From the NCBI GenBank assembly GCA_007128345.1, contig SKXS01000071.1:1-42999 (forward strand): a DNA stretch of 42,999 bases. Reading direction: 5' to 3'. Both the position numbers and the translations under genes were made by a program. The notes below the pieces were generated by a model. It did no database searches and was not told where the DNA came from. It saw only the letters and a list, made by a program, of their open reading frames with translations. Within the stretch, counting starts at the first letter, position 1. Every line of letters begins with the position of its first letter. The stretch is from Spirochaetia bacterium. Its GTDB lineage: Bacteria > Spirochaetota > Spirochaetia > PWKH01. Positions 39,425 to 42,999 of the stretch are shown here, piece after piece.

Positions 39425-39975
39425 CAGCCCAGTACAAACCATTGTTCATAAGCGAGCAGTCTCCACCTGAAGGTGTTGAATGCAGGGTCTGCGCTCTTCA
39501 TACGGCGGTACGCTTCACCGGCTCCTATGGACCGGTTGGAGGACCCGGAAGGCGAGGGGAGCACGGTCCACGCTACGTTCAGGGGATGCCTGCGTACCGT
39601 ATCCTTCATGGCACGCACGCTGGTGAACAGGACATGAGCACAGTTCTCAAGCAGTGCGCTGTTATCCCTCCAGGCAATGTCCCTGAGGGCAGCATCAGAA
39701 GAAGAGCCGTCTGTTCGGATGCAGCTTGCGATGGTATCGGTCATACCGATTCCGGCCTGATGCAGGTAGGCACACATCTCATCACTGCTGTTCAGCGTAA
39801 GGCCGGTCAATTCCCGAATCACCGGCCAGAGGTAGTTTTCCCTGCTTCCATAGTAGAACGGGACATCACCTGCAGCCAGCCTGTGCTCAGTGAGCCTGGC
39901 AGGAGGAAAGGTCCCCACCACCACATACCGCATACATGTCGGGACAACTGGCGGATACGGATGATATGATCTCAT
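39421..39975 (-). CDS. Uracil-DNA glycosylase superfamily protein, family-6 (hypoxanthine-DNA glycosylase)-like
   Basis: Start chosen at MRSYHPYPP (39975), 26 nt after the upstream stop; the ORF track start 40137 lies inside that gene. VVVGTFPP, FYYGSRENYLWPVI, GIGMTDTIASC...SSSD and VLPSPSGSSN resemble the family-6 UDG motif order. Confidence 0.65.
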   Translation of the reverse strand: MRSYHPYPPVVPTCMRYVVVGTFPPARLTEHRLAAGDVPFYYGSRENYLWPVIRELTGLTLNSSDEMCAYLHQAGIGMTDTIASCIRTDGSSSDAALRDIAWRDNSALLENCAHVLFTSVRAMKDTVRRHPLNVAWTVLPSPSGSSNRSIGAGEAYRRMKSADPAFNTFRWRLLAYEQWFVLGC

Positions 39976-40001
39976 GTATTGTATTTTACCATGGATGCTT
40001 T

Positions 40002-42260
40002 TTATGGGTAAGATGTACTGGTTCTGTGCAAAAACAGCGGGCTTGACCATGCCATGTGTCCGTCTTCCTGGGTAACCTTCACAAAGAGTGCGGCATCCCG
40101 TTCTTGATCCAGAGGAAGCGTATACTGCACGGTACAATCCATGGGGCCGGGGGTGGTGGTCACTCTCCTGACGTGAAGTTTCAGGTCCAGCTTTCCCGCA
40201 GTCCAGGTCCTGCCGACTGTAGATATCTCTGCAATCTTTATTGTCTTGGTGATATCAGCTGTACTGATAGTCAGTTCACCTGCTGCAGGGTCTGCGAGTT
40301 CGGCAATGAACCCAGACAAACCCCCGGTGGTAATGGAATTCCAAGCAAGCACTTCCGTAGTTGAATTCTCTGTGCTGTGCGTTAAGGGGGTTTCGGGATT
40401 GTGAAAGTTTACTGGTCTGACATGAACACACTGGTTTCCTTCAAGTACGGCCTTGCCTGACCAGTCATACGCACGGTCCCTTCCCCGTTCAGAGGCCCCT
40501 GACCACCATACGAGAATACGCCTGTCATGAATCGTTGGTCTCGCCGGCTCAAACTGCTTTACCCTAGTGAAGCCGTTATAGAGCTCCACCGATGCCAGGG
40601 GGCCTGTGCCGTGCACCTCAATTTGGATATGAGCTTCATGCCAGGATTCCTTCACCAGGGAACCCATGTCATAGTGGTGTGCCTTCTCTCCGGAACTCAT
40701 TTGGGCAGCTGTTACGTTCAGGATTATTCGAGCTCCTGTAGTACCGTAGTGGTGGCGTCTGCGGTACGCATCCCAGAGAGCCTCACGGGTTAATGATTCT
40801 GCATATACGCATGTGAGTCCGCCAAATGAGCCAAAATGGCTTCGCCCGGGATGGCTGGCTCCCGGCCGCCCTTTGTGGTCATCGGATGCACATACTACTC
40901 CCACCCGGTGGCCCCGGGAGAGCGATTCTGAAAGCATCCATTCAAACGTACCCCATGCCGAATGAATCTCCACGGAATTAACCAGGAGGTTAGTATGTCT
41001 GCTTACATCAGCGTACCGTCCGCCTACATGGGGAATGATCATGCACGGTTCATCTTTGAGTGCTGCGTACAATGCCTCTATGCTTGTACAGTCTTCAGCA
41101 TCCTCTGTATGGACAGCGCAAAGCGCGTGGGAGCTGCGTCGAATTGGATACCCTTCAGATAGAAAATAGACATTGTGATCACCTCCAAGTGGAATATTGC
41201 CTGACCATTCATACCCCGGAAAGGTGATAAACCTGCCGTCACAGGTATATGATGCGGTGTTTTTCTGTATCTCCTGCCAGAGTTCATGGGATATCTGAAA
41301 GTCATTTCCCTGGTGTGAGGTAAAATCAAGGCAGGCAGCATCCCTGGCAAAGCGGAAGTACTGCGTAATAGTTCCCGTGCCTATGGTCTCACCGGACTGT
41401 CCATGCATATCGCCCCAGAAAGGCCGGTAGGTTTGGCCCATGCGGCATATCATGGGATTGGATAGTGCGGCAGTATCATATTCGCGCTTATATACAACAC
41501 CTGGTCCGCTGCGAAGCTCATCATCCCGCACAGCCGTTATGCGGATGATACCTTCCTCATGGCTCGATATGCCCTGTATGGTGATGATCCCTTGATCATC
41601 TGCATCTTCAGGCCCTACCTTATCTGGTAAGCCTGACAGCTTAATTGAGCTGCTGAGTGTAAGCGTATGCGCTATTGGCGAGAGATTTGCCCATTGATCA
41701 TGTCCGGTAATACGCAGCGAACAGAGTTCACCTGGACTGACTTGGGATGGAAGGTAGAGTGTATAGGTTGCTGCGTTGCCAGAAACTATGCTCACCGGCG
41801 GAGAGACGGGAAGCTCTTTGTAGGTATACGTAGCTATTGGATCTACAAGAAGTTTGAACGAAAATGCTGATTCGCAGAAGGTCTGCATCTGGAAACCTGC
41901 AGAACGGTTGCCGAATCTGAATGTTACCGTTTCTCCAGGGTTAATGTATCCTGAAGTGACCTTCACATAGAGGGTAGGGCCCCAGGGTCTGACGTTCATT
42001 TTTCTATCGTATCTGGGAACTAGCGTACAGTTCCCATTAGTTGCCACTTCGACATAGTTCTGCTCATGAGGGTCATCAAATTGCGGAATTCCCATATCTG
42101 AAGCGTATCTCCATACGAGTTTCAAACTTCCGCTGCTGTCAATTCCATAGGTTCCGGCCGTATAGATTATATCAAATGTATGGGATGAACCGGCAGTAAC
42201 TTCCAATGGAAGGGTGTGACTTGCATAACCATACTCGATTCCATTCTCTGCTGCATTCAT
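40002..42260 (-). CDS. Large PHP-like / DUF3604-like metal-dependent hydrolase with N-terminal beta-sandwich region (family tentative)
   Basis: 752 aa, strong RBS AGGAGGA. Central motifs FWGDMHGQSGETIGTG, SHQGNDF, GGDHNVYF, IIPHVGGRYAD, VEIHSAWGTFEW and CASDDHKGRPG are His/Asp-rich PHP-type ligand candidates. The first ~270 aa look Ig/beta-sandwich-like. No signal peptide. Confidence 0.6.
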   Translation of the reverse strand: MNAAENGIEYGYASHTLPLEVTAGSSHTFDIIYTAGTYGIDSSGSLKLVWRYASDMGIPQFDDPHEQNYVEVATNGNCTLVPRYDRKMNVRPWGPTLYVKVTSGYINPGETVTFRFGNRSAGFQMQTFCESAFSFKLLVDPIATYTYKELPVSPPVSIVSGNAATYTLYLPSQVSPGELCSLRITGHDQWANLSPIAHTLTLSSSIKLSGLPDKVGPEDADDQGIITIQGISSHEEGIIRITAVRDDELRSGPGVVYKREYDTAALSNPMICRMGQTYRPFWGDMHGQSGETIGTGTITQYFRFARDAACLDFTSHQGNDFQISHELWQEIQKNTASYTCDGRFITFPGYEWSGNIPLGGDHNVYFLSEGYPIRRSSHALCAVHTEDAEDCTSIEALYAALKDEPCMIIPHVGGRYADVSRHTNLLVNSVEIHSAWGTFEWMLSESLSRGHRVGVVCASDDHKGRPGASHPGRSHFGSFGGLTCVYAESLTREALWDAYRRRHHYGTTGARIILNVTAAQMSSGEKAHHYDMGSLVKESWHEAHIQIEVHGTGPLASVELYNGFTRVKQFEPARPTIHDRRILVWWSGASERGRDRAYDWSGKAVLEGNQCVHVRPVNFHNPETPLTHSTENSTTEVLAWNSITTGGLSGFIAELADPAAGELTISTADITKTIKIAEISTVGRTWTAGKLDLKLHVRRVTTTPGPMDCTVQYTLPLDQERDAALFVKVTQEDGHMAWSSPLFLHRTSTSYP

Positions 42261-42999
42261 AGCAGATCCTCCTGTCAGACTCTGTTTGGTGATACCTAGC
42301 TATTTCCACCCGTCAGATGATCTCAGCGACGCACACATGCATCTGAATTATCCATTTTCTTAATTGTATTATTGCATACTGTTAACGTCTTCTCTGTCAA
42401 GTGGCCTATCTCTATCCGGTGATCACTAGCAAAAATTCGGCAGCGGTTTTTCCATCTACAGATGCAGTACGCACATCATGCATAATGTTTGTGGATTGAA
42501 TCTCCTGGTCTGTGATGACACCATGCATCATTGACGATTCATTTGCATGCTCTCATGCTTCATGGTGATCGTTGGAAGTGTTCTGTACAAGTACGAAAGG
42601 TTGATTTACTTATTGAGCCTGATGATGGAGTTTTCCTTGCATCAAGTACTCCAACATCGCGCACATGGCTCAATCTATTGTGGTCATCTCCTCTTTCCAA
42701 GTATGCTTGATCCTGCGCATCCCTGTGAACTCACCATCATTTTTCTGAAACAGCGATGTCCCGGCAGCTTCACTCGGACGCTTGTCTTGTGCAACCAAGA
42801 GACAAAGTCCATGTCCCAGGTGACCATACGAAATTCCCAGGGTGAAATTGTTCACCTAATGCGCTTACATGCCCATTATCGCACATTGCATACCTCAGTG
42901 AAGTGGTCTCATGCAGCAGGTCCGGGATGCCCGCGTGCATATCATAGATATCTCCTCACAGTAAGCTCAATGCGTACAGATGTTCTCTTCGTATTCCAG

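Noticed and set aside
42670-42855. 61-aa minus-strand ORF (MNNFTLGISYGHLGHG...)
   Set aside because: It has a GTG/ATG context without an RBS and is flanked by stops in the same frame. Neighbouring protein-like fragments are in other frames. I treat it as a fragment of a decayed gene, not a live CDS.
42547-42999. Plus-strand frame open for 151 codons to the window edge (not in the ORF track)
   Set aside because: The translation (MLSCFMVIVGSVLYKYERLIYLL...HRAHGSIYCGH...HAHYRTLHTSVKWSH) is very His/Cys/Arg-rich, has no RBS, and is codon-phase antisense to the minus-strand fragments. It is most likely a shadow frame, but the off-window continuation should be checked.
1-42999. CRISPR arrays, tRNA/rRNA genes, prophage or defence-island gene content
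   Set aside because: I saw no regularly spaced direct repeats and no cloverleaf-like or rRNA-like segments in the few spacers. Apart from the decayed transposase there are no integrase, reverse transcriptase, helicase-nuclease or toxin-antitoxin-like pairs.

Overview
Dense, mostly co-directional core-genome segment that looks spirochaete-like. The V-type ATPase operon is in the E / DUF2764-position gene / A / B / D / I / K order I recall from Treponema and Borrelia, and uvrA is followed by a ~1000-aa LptD-like outer-membrane protein. I call about 40 protein-coding genes plus one transposase pseudogene: yggS, an rluD-like synthase, rsgA, mutS2, the 7-gene V-ATPase operon, ispG, uvrA, lptD-like, phoH/ybeY/corC, gap-pgk-tpiA-secG, a parvulin PPIase, nusB, map, htrA, a PRTase, folD and miaB, plus hypotheticals. 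Genes are tightly packed with many start/stop overlaps, and only two hairpin terminators are visible. I saw no rRNA, tRNA, CRISPR array or intact mobile element. Four pockets look accessory. (i) Left edge: a decayed transposase next to an ATGA-coupled operon of two TIM-barrel isomerase paralogues and an EamA transporter. (ii) A Cys/His-headed pentapeptide-repeat protein coupled to an MBL-fold hydrolase with a non-canonical HxHxAH motif. (iii) A small beta-barrel OMP plus lipoprotein pair. (iv) Right edge: a lower-GC 752-aa PHP/DUF3604-like hydrolase beside a family-6-like DNA glycosylase, followed by ~740 bp of low-GC, ORF-poor DNA. I do not see a compelling, clearly novel multi-gene system: there is no reverse transcriptase, no defence-type nuclease/ATPase pair and no repeat array. 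The pockets above are the best leads and are scored modestly. All family calls come from motif recognition by eye and need database confirmation.
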